Of a DNA stretch of 64,000 bases, positions 63,401 through 64,000 are shown one piece after another; positions within the stretch are counted from its first letter, which is position 1; every line of letters begins with the position of its first letter. The translations under genes were made by a program, and so were the position numbers. Origin of the DNA: Eledone cirrhosa (lineage: Eukaryota); NCBI GenBank assembly GCA_964016885.1, contig OZ024758.1, positions 38,006,001-38,070,000 on the forward strand. Direction: 5' to 3'. The notes below the pieces were generated by a model. The model was not told where the DNA came from. It searched no databases and saw only the letters and a program-made list of their open reading frames with translations.

Positions 63401-64000
63401 GTTGGTGAGAATTCATTTAAGTTCATGGTATTAGCTGTCAGAAGTAACTCCACTGTTGGTGAGTATTCATTTAAGTCATGGTATTAGCTGTCAGAAGTAA
63501 CTCCACTGTTGGTGAGAATTCATTTAAGTTCATGGTATTAGTTGTCAGAAGTAACTCCACTGTTGGTGAGAATTCATTTAAGTTCATGGTATTAGCTGTC
63601 AGAAGTAACTCCACTGTTGGTGAGAATTCATTTAAGTTCATGGTATTAGTTTGTCAGAAGTAACTCCACTGTTGGTGAGAATTCATTTAAGTCATGGTAT
63701 TAGTTGTCAGAAGGAACTCCAATGTTGGTGAGAATTCATTTAAGTCATGGTACTAGCTGTCAGAAGTAACTCCACTGTTGGTGAGAATTCATTTAAGTTC
63801 ATGGTATTAGCTGTCAGAAGGAACGCCACTGTTGGTGAGAATTCATTTAAGTTCATGGTATTAGCTGTCAGAAGTAACTCCACTGTTGGTGAGAATTCAT
63901 TTAAGTTCATGGTACTAGCTGTCAGAAGTAACTCCAATGTTGGTGAGAATTCATTTAAGTTCATGGTATTAGCTGTCAGAAGGAACTCCACTGTTGGTGA
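57500..64000. repeat. Satellite variant domain C
   Basis: Lacks AGTTGGTCAG, GCTGCCAG and AAGTTAATG. Regains GTTGCTGAG (58021, 58346, ~59905, ~60873, ~62916), carries CACTCCAGTG (~58498, ~60058, ~61026, ~63069), and keeps GAGTATTC and CCACCGTT from domain B. Confidence 0.65.
59770..61660. repeat. Tandem duplication, period 968 bp (18 monomers)
   Basis: AACTTCAT 60031/60999, paired GTTGCTGAG and CCAGTG markers, ORF landmarks 60252/61220 and 60261/61229. Confidence 0.85.

Larger units (their letters stand above)
1..64000. repeat. 54-bp tandem satellite DNA array (EcoRI-site-containing monomer), ~1,190 head-to-tail copies, running off both ends of the window
   Basis: GAATTCATTTAAGTTCATGGTATTAGCTGTCAGAAGTAACTCCACTGTTGGTGA or a close variant (typically 0-3 differences) recurs continuously every 53-55 bp from the first to the last base. 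No unique or inverted sequence was seen. Copy number is estimated as 64000/~53.8. Confidence 0.99.

Noticed and set aside
41-63991. About 200 ORFs encoding repeat proteins on both strands
   Set aside because: They follow from the 54-bp (multiple of 3) period. They start and stop at 1-bp indel monomers, have no unique N- or C-terminal domains, overlap on both strands, and most common variants change the amino acid.
1-64000. CRISPR-like array (conserved part plus variable part)
   Set aside because: There are no unique spacers. The variable ~11 bp are point variants of one sequence, and no cas genes or leader are present.
1-64000. Programmed-frameshift, phase-variation or antigenic-variation cassette system
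   Set aside because: There is no expression locus, recombinase or non-repeat sequence. The indel patterns are inherited within duplicated blocks, as expected for satellite turnover.
1-64000. CENP-B box or canonical telomeric repeat
   Set aside because: No TTCG....A..CGGG motif and no TTAGGG/TTAGG-type tandem runs were seen. The TTAG in the monomer is isolated.
1-64000. Synthetic concatemer of EcoRI fragments or a pure sequencing artefact
   Set aside because: Hierarchically shared variants, EcoRI-destroying alleles (GAATAC, GTATTC, GAATTG, TAATTC) and strict single orientation indicate natural evolution. Individual duplications could still be assembly errors.
1-64000. Transposon insertion or strand inversion within the array
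   Set aside because: By reading I found no foreign sequence or reverse-orientation monomers. The gaps in the ORF track correspond to closely spaced indel monomers.

Overview
The whole 64 kb is one uninterrupted head-to-tail tandem array (satellite DNA) of a 54-bp AT-rich monomer. The consensus is GAATTCATTTAAGTTCATGGTATTAGCTGTCAGAAGTAACTCCACTGTTGGTGA (exact copy at 25-78; 20/54 G+C; one EcoRI site per unit; no CpG). There are roughly 1,190 units, all in one orientation, with 53-bp (AAGTCAT) and 55-bp (AGTTTGTC/AGTTGGTC) length variants. I saw no genes, RNA genes, transposon insertions, inversions or unique sequence. The ORF track is an artefact of a 54-bp (18-codon) period that happens to have one open frame per strand. 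The real information is in the order of variant monomers. A small alphabet of monomer haplotypes forms recurrent cassettes, nested and overlapping kb-scale duplications with no single fixed higher-order period (offsets such as 6192, 3177, 6947, 1346, 1778, 4361, 1613, 4141, 2313, 1937, 1720, 968 bp), and three successive variant domains (~1-28 kb, ~28-57 kb, ~57-64 kb). This looks like eukaryotic centromeric, pericentromeric or other heterochromatic satellite, but I cannot identify the organism or the satellite family from the sequence. I found no support for a new protein-coding or CRISPR-like system.
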